NCBI RefSeq assembly: GCF_006345805.1
Contig: NC_043002.1
Coordinates: 48,484,001-48,548,000 of the forward strand
Length of the DNA: 64,000 nt
Direction of reading: 5' to 3'
Source: Octopus sinensis
Taxonomy: Eukaryota
The translations under genes and the position numbers were made by a program. Of the stretch, positions 36,406-50,002 are shown piece by piece. A model generated the notes under the pieces. The model worked only from the letters and a program-made list of their open reading frames with translations. It was not told the DNA's origin and did no database searches. Position 1 is the stretch's first letter. Every line of letters starts with the position of its first letter.

Positions 36406-38583
36406 GTAATTTCTGCCCACTATCAAGAAAAATGTAGGTAGATGTATTACATACATGCATGCGTTCATCCATACATATAAGTATCATTTGTTTATATGTG
36501 TATTGATCTCAATATTTATTTATATATCTGAATAAATGTCATTCCAGTTTCAGAACGAGAGCCATTCACACTCCTATAAATTCTTAATGGTAAAATACTA
36601 CTTCGTGTAATGTGTTCGACGCAGCTTCGACATCTTGAATGACAACATTAATCTAGGGAAATGCTTCTAAGTTTCTACTTAAAAATCAGAATAGGTCACG
36701 TTTTTGCAAGTTTCGTAAGTGATGGATAAGTAATGTAGACCAAACTATTGCAGCAACATACACGTTAGTTAATTTGAAAAAGTATCATAGAAACGTATAT
36801 TAAGTTTAATGTTCTTCCAGCAAAAACTATAAATATCTTGGTGTGAATCAAGATTCAGAAAATTTATAATGTTCTTAAAGGAATATGATTCTTCTCGTTG
36901 ATATCGCATGGTACTCACACTGAATGTTTGCATGAATGGTTTTTTTCAAACGGTTGAAAGCTTGATCTACATTAGGGCTTACAAAAATATAGTTTTAATG
37001 TATAGTTTCAAGATTGCAAAACATAAAGCATGATGTTCTCTAAATAATTTATTATTGCTTCAGTAAGATTGACGCAAATGGCTAAGGTTCTCAACAGAAT
37101 TAAATTTTCAGGTCTTTTTGTTTTACTTCGGAATTCACATCCCTTCGGTTCTGCATTTACCTATTCACTACACTTGTGTTGCCAAAGAACGATTACAGTA
37201 CCAAAATTACATTGACTTGATTCAACCAACTGTGATTCGCGCCTACTAAAAGTTGACATCGTACCTAATCAATTAGAAATTGAATTGTAACTAACTTTGA
37301 AGAGCTTTGCAAGTTAATCAGGTATAAACGTGCTTAATAATATTATTAAGAACTGAATTAAAATCTGTTATCAAATCACACGAGCGTGAATTTGGCTTTT
37401 TGCTGTATAAAGATTTGATCAAATAAGTATCAATATACTTTGGTTGAGTCTATAGAAATATAGAGATTCAGCCAAACTGAAAAACGGAAAAAAATTCTCA
37501 GATTGTTTTATTCTACAATAAACGCAGAATGCGGAAATATAATCTCTACTTCACAATAATAGAATTAGTTCGTCTATGACAAGTCTAATTGATAAGATAC
37601 AACTACTGTTAATAGAAAATAACTTCAAAACTGATGGCAAGAATGTTACTGAAGATATGATGAAATATGAAACCGAAGTGAAGCAGAGTTCTTTCTAACT
37701 AGCTAGTCTATGGATTTTAGATATATATTGTGTGAGCGTATTTATGTGTGTGTATGTTTGTGTTTATGTATTTATAGATGTATATATACATTTCTGTGTA
37801 AGTGTGTGTGTATGTATGTATTATATGTATACATACACAAAAACTTGCATTGTGTCGAAAAAATGAGAAGGGAATAATGCTCAATACATATTGCAGAGTA
37901 TCTGATTAACTATAATGAAATGAATTCTATAATGATAAACTTATAATGATAAGGAATTCTTATCTCGTGGCTTGAGCTTCATGCTGCTGCGACCTTCATG
38001 TCAGTTTTAGTGGTATATCTATATCCATTGGAGTTGAGTGTGATATCATCCTTTTGCTTCTACTTTAATTTGTCTTCGTGCTTGCTTATTGGCTCTTATT
38101 TTGCCTTTACATAGTTTATTTTGCGATGAGAAACGTCTTTTAAATTTGCTTATTCACTCTAGATTTAGTAAAGGCTGCATAATTTTGTTAAGATTTTTTA
38201 ATGGTAATATGTTTGCAAAGTTATTTGTGAGTAAGCTTAACTCTGAAGTCAGGTCACTTGCTATGCAAGTACGTCTCCGTATTCAAGGATAGTTTTATTG
38301 AAAAACTTCTTTAATTACTGAGTAATTAAGGGATGGCTCTGAGAAAGTGTATGTATATATCAATGTGACTATATTTTCTGTATTTTTTTGTGTTTGTGTG
38401 TGTGCGTGCGTGCGTTTCTACAGAAACGGCTGGAATTCATACGCTGGATAATGTGTATGTCAATTTGATAGGCTATGAGTAAAGTATTTGGGATTGTATA
38501 TGTATATATATTTTTTCCCTGTAAGTTTGGAGTTATGCTCCCTAATATTATCATCATCATCATCATCATCATTATTATTATTA

Positions 38584-38619
<36 letters not shown>

Positions 38620-39304
38620 CATTATTATCATATATATATATGTGTGTGTGTGTGTCTATGCATGTAGGTGCGTGCCTGTATGAGTGCAAATGAGTCTGCA
38701 ATATACTTCTTCATATTACCTACTATACATGTATGATGTATGCTGACGTTAAAATCCAGTTGATTGGAGATTTAAAAACAAGCTTGAAAGTAATGAAGTA
38801 ATTTTCGTGATATAAATTGGCCTGAGTTGTATCTTTTCTGCATAGTTGTCAGCAGATGGTTGGATGCTAGTGTGTGTTCAAGATCGCTTTTAGAATGGAT
38901 GCTGTTAGAGTGTCTACTGAAAGTGCGGTGTCACTGCTGAGTTGAGTCGACTGTTGTAATGGCCGCTGTTGTCACTAACAGTGCTCATTGATATAGCATC
39001 ACGCTAATTGCTAAATGGTTAAAAATATTTCCTTCAGTTGCCGGGTAAGTTCATTGTTGCAAATTTATATCACTCATGAATCATTCTTTCTTTTTGTCGA
39101 GGCAGATTTACTACAAGTCATTGATTGCGAACTATACGTGGCAGAAAACCCCCTCGTACTAGTTACTATATTTAATTGCCTTTTAATTATTACAGTTACG
39201 ATTTATACATCATTCATATACAAATCAAGGCTGTGCTGCAGCATGGCCGCGGTCAAATTACTGAAACAAGTAAAAGAATAAAATATTTTTTTATGATGTT
39301 ATCT

Positions 39305-39490
39305 CCGTTCGCTTAGAGACCATCGGGCAATGAGGATTCACGAATCAGTGCCATTTTGAGCCAAACTGCACCGTTCTTCTCAAGTGATACCCATTTCGGT
39401 CAAGTCACCGTACAATCCTTTGCCACGTCTTCACCGGCCTGCTTTTCTCTTTCCTCCTTCAGCTGTCCGCTCTACGTCTGTCTTTGTTTT
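39305..39490 (-). mobile_element. RTE-type LINE 3' fragment
   Basis: Minus strand reads GGKRKAGR/KTWQRIV..DLTEMGIT*EERCSLAQN, the G.R..GRP.KTW..T...DL..MG.TW motif of RTE ORF2 ends. Confidence 0.6.
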
Positions 39491-40100
39491 ATAGGCTGTC
39501 ATAATTCAAATACCATTCTAAACATTTTACCATCTTAAGACAATTCAATAAAGTTTATTACTGAGACACTGTAGAATGCAGTAGCATTACGAAATCTGTA
39601 GAACGTCGAGAAATTCATCGCTGTATTTGGTTATGCTACTCTTCCTTCAAAATTCAAATTTCCCAGGATTTAGCATGTCCTTAATAAAAAAAAAGTCATT
39701 AAAATAAGTACCAATACTATACTGAAGTAAATTTAATCAAATAAATTCATTCCTTTGTATCTTTATGTCACTATCAGAAATTAGTGTTTAGATTTCATAC
39801 GTTGAGTTGCTATAGAGCAAGAAGAAAGTACCAGACCAGTTCTGAGTGTGATGTCCTTGAAAAATGCGTAGGTACCAACATTTCCTAATTTCCTTTCGTC
39901 AAATTATAGGGTGCTCGCAATTAGACCTAGTGTCTTATTCCTTAATTGAAAAATAGATGTAGCAATGCGAGTAGGTAACATGATATTATTTTGAAAACGT
40001 TGCATTCATAATCAATGAATTTTTATTGCGATTTATACTCCTTGCATGTTAATACTTGGCCAATTGATGATCAGTATTGTGCTAATATTAAGGAAACTCT

Positions 40101-40649
40101 TTCAGGGTTGATAAATTAAGTATCAGTTGCGTACTGGAGACGATCTAATCGACTGCCCCACCCCAAAAATTTCGGGCATTGTGCCTAGAATAGAAAAGAA
40201 TATGTATTTTTAAGGCGGTGAGCAGGTAGAAACGTTAGCACGCCGGGCGAAATGCCTAGCAGTATTTCGTCTATCTTTACGTTCTGAGTTCAAATTCCGC
40301 CGAGGTCGACTTAGATTTCATTCTTTCGAGGTCGATAAATTAAGTACCAGTTACGTACTTGGGCCGATCTAATCAACTGCCCCTCCCCCAAAATTTCGGG
40401 CCTTGTGTCTAGAGTAGAAAAGAAAGAAAAAAATATATTACATAAACTTTAAGGCGGCGAGCACGCCGGGCGAAATGCTTAGCATTATTTCATCTGTCTT
40501 TACGTTCTAAGTTTAAATTCCGCCGAGGTCGACTTTGCCTGTCATCCTTTCTGGGTCGTTAAACTAAGTGGCAGTTGCGTCCTGGGGTCGATCTAATCGA
40601 CTGGCCCCCCTCTCCTAAAATTTCGGGCCTTGTGCCAAGAGTAGAAAAG
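40101..40649 (+). mobile_element. Head-to-tail trimer of SINE family A within one 17-bp TSD
   Basis: Units at about 40101-40202 (5'-truncated), 40212-40425 and 40451-40649; AATATTAAGGAAACTCT at 40084-40100 and 40650-40666. Confidence 0.9.
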
Positions 40650-42902
40650 AATATTAAGGAAACTCTGAGTCATTAGTCTGATAATGTTACGTCAATGGAG
40701 ATGTTTGAATATGCATAAGACTAAATACATTCCTCGGGGTTATAACTAAGAGACGCTATCTGCAGGGGGAAAAGCAATGAATAATTAATTGACAAAATAT
40801 TTCATGAAAGAGTATATTAAAAGAATAATTTGAAATAATTTTGCGACGAGAAAAAATATTTGTTGTCCATGAATGTTAATTTAATTATTTCGGCAAAGAT
40901 GGGAAACAACGCAGAAAAAATGCCGGACAGATTTTAGTTTTATTTAACCTCAACAGCAACACATGGACTTAACCATAATTTACGAAGTTAGGATAGGAGA
41001 ATCACAAAATAAATATAGATGTATATACACTTGTTGGTGTAGACAATTAGAAATGGTTAGAGTAAAATTACTTTTAGTTAATTAACAACATATTTTGTTA
41101 GTTATATATTCTCTCTTTCACCGATCCTTCCTTCTCTTCCTTCAGCTCTTTCATAACATCTACCACTTACGACGAGTCTTTATAGATTACATTCTACTGA
41201 AAGGTTCGACCTGAAATGTTTGAGTTTCATATATAAGAAACCGAACATAATTTTCATTCAGAAGGCATTTCTAGGGAAATTTTCCAAAATCATACATGAT
41301 GTTTTTTTTTATTCTATTTTAATTTATTTTATCTTATTTTACTGAAATTCATACAGCTAAGTATTGGAACCGGACTGTAAATTCGGTTATCCCAAATCTT
41401 ACTTCTATCCTATGTTAATCGTTCGTCTGTTGTTTTGATGATTAGCCAACGTTCAGCTAATGCCGCTCTAATGTTGATCTACAATTTATGTATTCAGTCA
41501 CACATATACACAAAAAACGCAAATGCACATATGCATGCAAACACTCATGCACAAACATATACACGCATATACAAATTTTGTATTTATATCCAAAGGAACT
41601 ATTTATTGTTTCCTTTCAAATTCTTTTCAGAGTAAAACGTGAGTGACAATAGAATAATATGAGCGGAAAATATACCAGGATTTTTATTCTATATTACATT
41701 TTAAGTATTTTTCTCCCGTCACATCCGCCCAGGTTAGAATTTCTACCTTTGCCTTTGAGCACTTACTTTTCGTATTTAAGTTAACATATTTTACATATAT
41801 AATATATATTTTCCATCTATTTGTATCGTCGTTTTGTTTGATCTTTAAAACATTCTATCATATTATTTGTATATTTGTATTTCAGATTTTTTCTTTTCTT
41901 TTCTTTTCTATGGTTACAAATCGATTTTTTAGTTGTTTCCATTTAGTGCATGACAATGTACCCTCAAACCATATTATTCTTCGGTTCTAGAAAGCATCTC
42001 TTTTGTTTCTTCTATAATAAATTCTAACATGCGACTACTTGTCATTTCTTTGTTGTATGTTCTCTTGTATTCACTATCCTAAAATAATACTAGACAAAGT
42101 TGTAATTCGTTATATGATATTTAGAAAAAAATGTAAGCGGAGTAAATGGTAGTAGAGAGACTGTAACTGACGATTAACCGTTTAGCATGCAATGCTGTTG
42201 CCCTACATTTCAGAGCACGAACTTACTGAAATTCAGTTCACGATTTAATTCTGTAGCTTCTATAAGATAACTATTACAATATAATAAAACTGAGATGTAG
42301 ACTTCTGTTCCTCAGGAACACTGACTTTTATTTAAATTAGAAAGGCAATAATGGTAATTGCTTATCAAAATTACTTTTTTCGAAAGAAAATTATCGAAAT
42401 GTACTTAAAACTTGGGCATTTTAGCACGCGTGTACACGTGCGAACGCGCGCATGAGTGTGGCTCGGAGTGTTCAGAATATATGGAAAGTCTCATAACTTA
42501 TATATGAAAGTCTCATAACTTGTGAAAAGTAGAACACCTCTTGATCCTTAATTTATTTAGTGTTCCTTTCCCAAAATATTTTACTTCTCATCGATTAAAT
42601 AAAATAATATCCACACTCAGTATTAATGTCTATGCTCAGTATCTGACAACAACCAAATGGTGTTGAATAAACAATACACATGATAGTTGAATATGCTTCA
42701 ATGTAGATTCAGTGAATCTAAATATTCGATTACCTTTTCTTTCATCGTCGAGACGATAACCACTCATCGAAAATAATGTGTGTATCTGTTCGGGCGTGTA
42801 TGTGTGTGTGCATACTTATATATAATACATATATGAAGTACATATATGTATGCGTGTAAATATATATATATAAATATATATTAAATATATATATTTAATA
42901 TA

Positions 42903-43301
42903 TGGCTGCATTGTAAGTAGCTTGCTTACCAACCATATGGTTCCGGGTTCAATCCTACTGCGTAGCACCTTCTACTATAGCCTCCGGCCGACCAAAGCCT
43001 TGTGAGTGGATTTGGTAGACAGAAACTGAAAGAAGCCTGTCGTATATATATATATATATGTATGTATGTATGTATGTGTGTGTTTGTGTGTCTGTGTGTC
43101 TGTGTTTGTCCCTCCAGCATCACTTGACAACCGATGCTGGTGTGTTTACGTCCCCGTCATTTAGCGGTTCGGCAAGCGAGACCGATAGAATAAGTACTAG
43201 GCTTAAAAAGAATAAGTACTGGGGTCGATTTGCTCGACTAAATGTGGTGCTCCAGGATGGCCGCAGTCAAGTGACTTAAACAAATAAAAGAATAAAAGAA
43301 T
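42903..43301 (+). mobile_element. SINE family B, near full length
   Basis: Collinear with 8297-8709, including the internal microsatellite and the AAAAGAATAAAAGAAT tail. Confidence 0.9.
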
Positions 43302-43474
43302 ATATATGTGTGAGTGTGTCAAAACAGGTCGGGAATTTTTTGTTGTTTGTGATAGAATGTAAGTGTCGTGTATATGACTGTGTGCGTCTGTGTAATTCTG
43401 TGCAAATAAAGTGCTAGCTATTATCCGCTAGTAGAACTAGCAGCACATTCAGAATATGAGAGCTGGGGGAGAGA

Positions 43475-43638
43475 AAACCGCGCCAGCACTCGACCAGTGC
43501 TCATTTGCACCCAGGTAGAGTGGAGCAACGGTGGAATGTAGTGACTTTTTCAAGGACAATGCGCTGTCCAATTCAGGTATTCAACCCTCAACATTATAAT
43601 CGTGAGCCAAACCTCCTAACCACTAGAACATGTGCCTT
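43475..43638 (-). mobile_element. tRNA-derived SINE (family C-like)
   Basis: Minus strand AAGGCACATGTTCTAGTGGTTAGG...TTGTCCTTGAAAAAGTCACTACATTCCACCGTTGCTCCA. Confidence 0.55.
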
Positions 43639-43729
43639 CCCTTTACATAAATACGACAAAATCAATTGACGAGTCAGTTAACACAAATGATAGAGTATCA
43701 CATTTATTTTTAGAAGAAAAAGATTTACT

Positions 43730-44040
43730 ATGAATTTCACCGTGCACTAGTTTCATCAGACGAAGCCGGTATACAACGAAACTTCGCAGTCACTATCAAC
43801 CTTTCCCTTGAAATATGTGTATGTTTGTATATTTACACACACCGAGGAACAGATTTGGAAGAGACTGGAAGAGGAAGAGAGGGAGGATGTGAGCCGTTTG
43901 TAGAGCTTGAAGTCTTGATCTCTGTAATTGAGCGCTCTCGTAAAGAAACTTAAGCGTTCATGCCTCTAGGATTGTAAATACCAAATCGATTAACGTTTAG
44001 CGTGAGGATATAGCGAATGTGATTAGATGTTTGGCATCAT
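43730..44040 (-). mobile_element. Degenerate Penelope-like 3' end
   Basis: Minus strand: ...RFGIYNPRGMNA* (P.G.N terminal motif), a pyrimidine tract, then CTGATGA-AACTAGTGCACGGT-GAAA at 43735-43759. Confidence 0.45.
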
Positions 44041-45612
44041 AAGCGCCCAGAGACATTTAATGACTTTCAGTTAATGTTCTACGATTTTATCTGAGTCATA
44101 AATGTGTGATGAACTGGCATTCCATTCAGGCAATGGAGACTTGGTTAAGCTCTATTTTTTCAGTCGACTTAGGGTTTGGATAAAAAATGTGCTTGTTTTC
44201 TATCTTACTGGAATCGACTTTGTCATCAATCTGTACGGGATGGATAAACTAAATACCAGGCCTGTATTGGGATGGATTTAAACAACGATTCTACTTCCTA
44301 ACAAATGTAACAAACACATGACCTTGTGCCAAATAAGATATAAAATCTGCAGTATGGTGAAAGGATTTCTCTCGCTGACATAATTTAAATTTTCCATAGA
44401 TTCTTTCTATGCTATACCATTAAGGTGCGTAACCTGTTACTCTCTCTCTCTCTCTCTCGCTTTCTCTCTCTCTATTTCTCTTTCCCTCTTTCTCTCTCTC
44501 TCTTTCTTTCACTTTTCTACATCTTTCTTTCTATGTATCTATCTGTTTATCTACATTTTTCATCTCTCTCTTTCTGTATATGAGTTATTTTTCTCTTTAA
44601 CCAACTCTTTCTCCGTAATGATCTTTACAAGGCGTCAGCAATGACATGAGCCTGTCTGCACACAACAATGCGATGTTCCTATGTTAGATTACGGTCAAAT
44701 ATATAACTATTGAAGACATGAGAATGTCAAGTCACTTTCAGTCTGTATCAGACAGTAATTTTAGTTTGCATCATACAATCGACTTTATGACATGCATCAA
44801 ATAATATACGACAAAACTATAAAACTCCTGTGAGAGACTGTCAATAAATATTGATTGTAAACATCACAATATTGTCTAAATTATATTTGTGCGGGTCAAA
44901 ATATTTGAAGTTGTGGAACCATCAGTAAAATGCTTTGATTTATCTAAACAGAAACACATAAATAAAATTACTGGAAGTTGAAAGTTCCATTATGACTGTG
45001 ATTATTCCTTGCTGGCTCTCAATTGAACAATATTTCGATCAAATACTTCTCTCTCTCTCCCTTTCTCTTTCTCTCTCTTTTGTTTTTATTTTTGGTTCCG
45101 GAGATGTTAAGATAATGAATAATTGCAATATACATAGATTTATCTCTCGTGCATATTTATATACGAAGAGAACAGAATGAATAAAACAAAACAAACTGGA
45201 ATAAAAATACATCTATTATTCGGCCAACGCAGTTTTTATTGTATTTAAGGACGCCAAAGTCTTAGCCATTAAATTTACTTCAAAATTCACTATGACTGTT
45301 GTGAAAGTAATGTCTTTCCATTGAATATATTGTTGCATAGTACATATTAAAGTTACATAGAATAGTTTTTTTTTATTGCATGCATTCGTGAACGATTGTG
45401 TCACTGGACCTATCAATGGTTTATTTTACAGAAAACTGAAATCACATAATGTCAGAAAATAAGCATTATTTTGGCCTTTTTAAAATCATACCGAAATATA
45501 TCCAATAATTTAATTACACATATTACAGATATGGATTTTATATATTACATACACGTACTCACACACAACCATGTATATGTTTACATGTGAGTACATGTAT
45601 ATATATATATAT

Positions 45613-46038
45613 ATAAACAATTTATAAGTAAGGGCAAAAGAAAAAAATTCTAATGCCAAAATATGCCGAAAATAGACGCTACGTCAATAACCATGTAATT
45701 TGTCACTACAAGCACGTGTTTCAAAGAAAGCCGACAGAAATTTCCAAAAAAATTGCGTTATTACCATATCGGACCCGATTTCACAGTTAGTTCATAAGAT
45801 CCTTCTCTTCATCAGTGATAAATGTGGTAAAGAAATAAGTGATATACTTACTTATACTCATGGAAGAAGCGAGCACAATTAAGTACCCCAAATATATCCA
45901 AAATAGAAATTCTCTAGCACACCTCGAGGCACGTGCGATTCGGACCGAAAAGCTCTCGTAAAGTGAGAGAATCCGGAAGTGAACCTTTAAAGGTTAAATT
46001 TATAAACAATTTATAAGTAAAGGCAAAAGAAAAAAATT
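45613..46038. mobile_element. Unit bounded by 37-bp direct repeats inside (TA)n, with a hammerhead-like motif; probable Penelope-like tandem terminus
   Basis: ATAAACAATTTATAAGTAA(G/A)GGCAAAAGAAAAAAATT at 45613-45649 and 46002-46038 (36/37 identical); minus-strand CTGATGA...GAAA...GTC at 45766-45820. Confidence 0.6.
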
Positions 46039-46045
46039 ATATATA

Positions 46046-46105
<60 letters not shown>

Positions 46106-47916
46106 ATCTATCGAGATATATATATATATATACCTAAAGGGTTGAATAGGCAGAACACAACGTATGATTTGAAGAGCCACTACTGGACTCACATGAATTC
46201 GTTTTCAAATCGGGCCTCTAGACTGTCTATCTCCCTAGCTACATGCATGCATACCTACATATATACATATATACATACGTATATACATATACACATAACC
46301 CCAAGTCTCGAAATATTCTCTATATCTTAGCCTGGTCCATTGTTTGCGAGGCTTCCCAGTACAGTATTAAACTACCGAGTTTGTAAATTGTGTTCAGATG
46401 AGCCGCTCACTACCCTTTGCCACCGTAACCCCTCATTACTCAATACGTTCTCCACGTAATCTTTTCATGTAAAGCACACACTTTACTCAGCTCTTGCATA
46501 TTCTGCAGTCTCTATAATCTTTTCTAATCATGACTTAGTCTTAATTCTTTACTTAGTTATTTTGGAAGAATATTCCTTCTCTCTTTCTCTTTCTCGCTTA
46601 TGTATTTGTAAGATTATTTATGTGAAATCGTGTGTTTAGTTATACATTTATGTATACCTCTATGTGCATATGTGTATGTGTGTGTATATTTGTGTATATG
46701 TATACATCAAGCCTAATCGTGTATCTGCATTACTACTTCCACATCATTGCACCTGAATTTCTCCTATAGCCACTTCCGCATTTCCCTCGTATGCATGCCG
46801 AGCTGTAGGACATTGGTGGAAAATGGAACATTGTATCACTCTTACTTTCGTTAACAACGAAGTCTTTGTATTAGAAATTCAGAGAATCATGTAAACTATA
46901 TTTGATTAGACAGAAATCATTGTGCGATATAGACTCTACCCTCTTTTTAAAAAATAAGGCCGGATTATATAGTCGGGTCCAATAGCCAATTACCTGATCT
47001 TGTTGGCAGATAGATGACTTTCATTCCTCATTTTCTCAATAAGGTATTGTTTCATTTCTGTCTTTAAAACCTAATGTTATTTTTTCAACCTCACAACATA
47101 CAACATAAGTTTGATAATGATAATGACTGAATTATGTTTTAGTTCATCTACTGACTTTATTGACTCTCATCAGTTACTGCACAGCGTCTGTTTATAAATT
47201 TTGTGACATCAGTTATATTCCTGTTAACAGTACTTAATAGGAAACAGCAGGATAATTATCACCAAAACTTTATCTTGTAGTCACTCGTTGAGAAATCAGC
47301 TGCAGATGTGATGGAGTGGGGAAAAAATTCCGTTGGCTAAATGATTAAACTCTTAAATCAATGTCTCTTCTCGACATTATTGTTCAAAGTCCTTTAAAAG
47401 ACGTATTCTTGGCTTCAATAACATGTTTGTTCTTATTTTATTTTCGATAAGAACTAATATTTTTTACAAATAATTTCTTTTATTTTTCCTTTTGTTTTAT
47501 ATACCTATAAGTAATGCGTGTGTTACGTTATGGATATATATTAGATGTAGGTGAGTGTGTGTTAGTTAAATTTGCGTGTTTGCTAATATACGCAAACATG
47601 GTCATGTAGTTAACAAGTTTGCTTCATAATCAGGTGGTTCCAGAATCCACTTTGGCAAGCCTCTCTTCTATAGCTCCGTACTGACCAAAACCCCGAGCTA
47701 TTGAGCAGATAAAAATAAAGTGAAAGCCTGCTGGATGTGTGTGTTTCTATGTATGTATGTATGTATGTATGTATGTATGTATGTATGTATGTATGTATGT
47801 ATGTGTGTGTGTGTATGTATATAGTCATATCTCCATACACACAAACACACACATATCTATCGTGTGTGTGTATTGACGTATATATATAGCATAAATTTAC
47901 AGAAAACTATATATAT

Positions 47917-48018
<102 letters not shown>

Positions 48019-49958
48019 ATCAGTGGGTTGTGTAACAGTATCAGAGCATCGAATAAGAAATACTCTATGGAATTTGCTTTCATTTGGTTGTATCTCTATA
48101 TTCCTGGTCAGCTTTGTCTATATGCCTAACGCGGTCGATAAATGTGTAGCAGACAGAATAAAATTCTTGAATATAGTGCCCCAGTATAGCCGCAATGTGA
48201 TTCAGTAAAAGAATCATAATGAGTGCGTATCTCTGTCTTGCTATGTTTATGACCTTGGTATGTAAGGATGGTGGCAGCCTCCCAACTATATTTTATTTCT
48301 TAAACATAATATCGTGACATACTATTTTAATCTTAGCAGATATTAATTTAATCTACAGAATGAACGCTCGAGAAATAATCAATATCATCTACGAGAGAAA
48401 ACATTGCTAACTTTACTCTAACACTATGTCACATCTCTCACCTAAGCCTGACAATATATTCATGCTGTCCTTGAAATTTCTAAGTATGTCTCTATCACTG
48501 AAGTATATTCAATATGTCGATGCTTAAACGTTATTGATAGTTCACTTGTCTTAATCATTCTGATTTCGCAGACGCTTGACATTTTTAATCTGTCCCTGGC
48601 ATTATGCTTGCTTCAACAAAGTAGAAGTAGATTGTCACTTATAATAATATTATAATCGTGAAAGATCCCTAATACGTGTTGGCAGTTTCTCGCTCCCGTG
48701 GGGAGAGGTGTTGCTGAACGGTAATGTGGTTTGCTTGGTAATCACAATCTCCTATATCTGATGTCATTTTCTGTTGTCATGAGCAAGTTGTATCTTATGC
48801 TACAGCTACGAGTTACTCTGGCTCAGTGACTGAAGTTGAAGGAAAATGGAAACCCGCCGGATCAATTGTCCTTATAATTCAATGACGAAGCTTTGTCATG
48901 GACTTTAATACGTTGATTCTGTTTGATTATTACATAGGAGTCTCTATGAAATACCCAGTCACTTACACGCAAAGACAATGAACAGATAGTACAGTTGATC
49001 GAACAATTGAAATACTCATCGAAATCGTTGAATAAAGTTTATAAAGCAATAAAATCGGCATTATCTCAATGATACTGGCTGAAAAGACTTTTAGTCCTTA
49101 TTTGTTGAGCAACAAGCTAGTTAAATCGATATTATATTTTGTTTATTTATTTTTATCTATTCCCATACCCCATGAGTAGTTACAGCCAAGGCCAAGAAAC
49201 TGACTACGATGGAGTTTGAACTCAGTGCTTTAAGCTAAATACGATAGAGTATTTATTCCAATGCAAAATCCATTTTTTAAACTCACCTTTCTGAAAATCC
49301 GAATTATTTACACTTGCTTTTCTTGTTGAAATAGTTTTGTTCTGTTAAATAAGCATCACATCCAACTGAATTTATTTTATCTTAGTCTAGAAACCATTCA
49401 TTCATCTATTACCACACCATGTAAAATCGATAAAATACCTTTTAAAAATCGTCTAGTTTCTATAGTAGGAAAAAATTATGATCACGGTAAATTTCTCGAA
49501 AACAGAATATTATGCAGTTCTACACAATATATCTATATAACAGGCTTATAATTCAAAATGCAACTACATAGTTTGTTTTTTAGCTGTTTTTTTTAACTTT
49601 TAATACAGGTTTCAATGGGTCTTTTGTGAATATTTCTTGTAAGTTTCTTAAGAAAGAGAAACAGATCAAGACATACAACAAATAACGAATAACTGGACAT
49701 ATATATTTTATATCTATAGATAATCAATTCCAACGGTAGAACGGTAATATTTGCTAATGCATGTACTTATATACACATACACAAACACACGCACACACAA
49801 ACACACACACACAAGCACGCACACATACTCGCATACACACATACATACATACATGCATACATACAGGCATACATACATATGTACATACATACACACACAT
49901 GCATACATACATATATATTTATATATATATATATAATATATTATATATGTATATTTCC

Positions 49959-50002
<44 letters not shown>

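Noticed and set aside
37543-37698. Frame ...LIENNFKTDGKNVTEDMMKYETEVKQSSF* and a CTGAAGA...GAAAC motif within it
   Set aside because: No recognisable protein family or acceptor site; the motif lacks a valid stem II base pair and cleavage triplet.
41200-41225. CTGAA-AGGT-TCG-ACCT-GAAATGTT hammerhead-like remnant
   Set aside because: The core is two bases short and stem I is absent; at most a decayed relic, so not counted.
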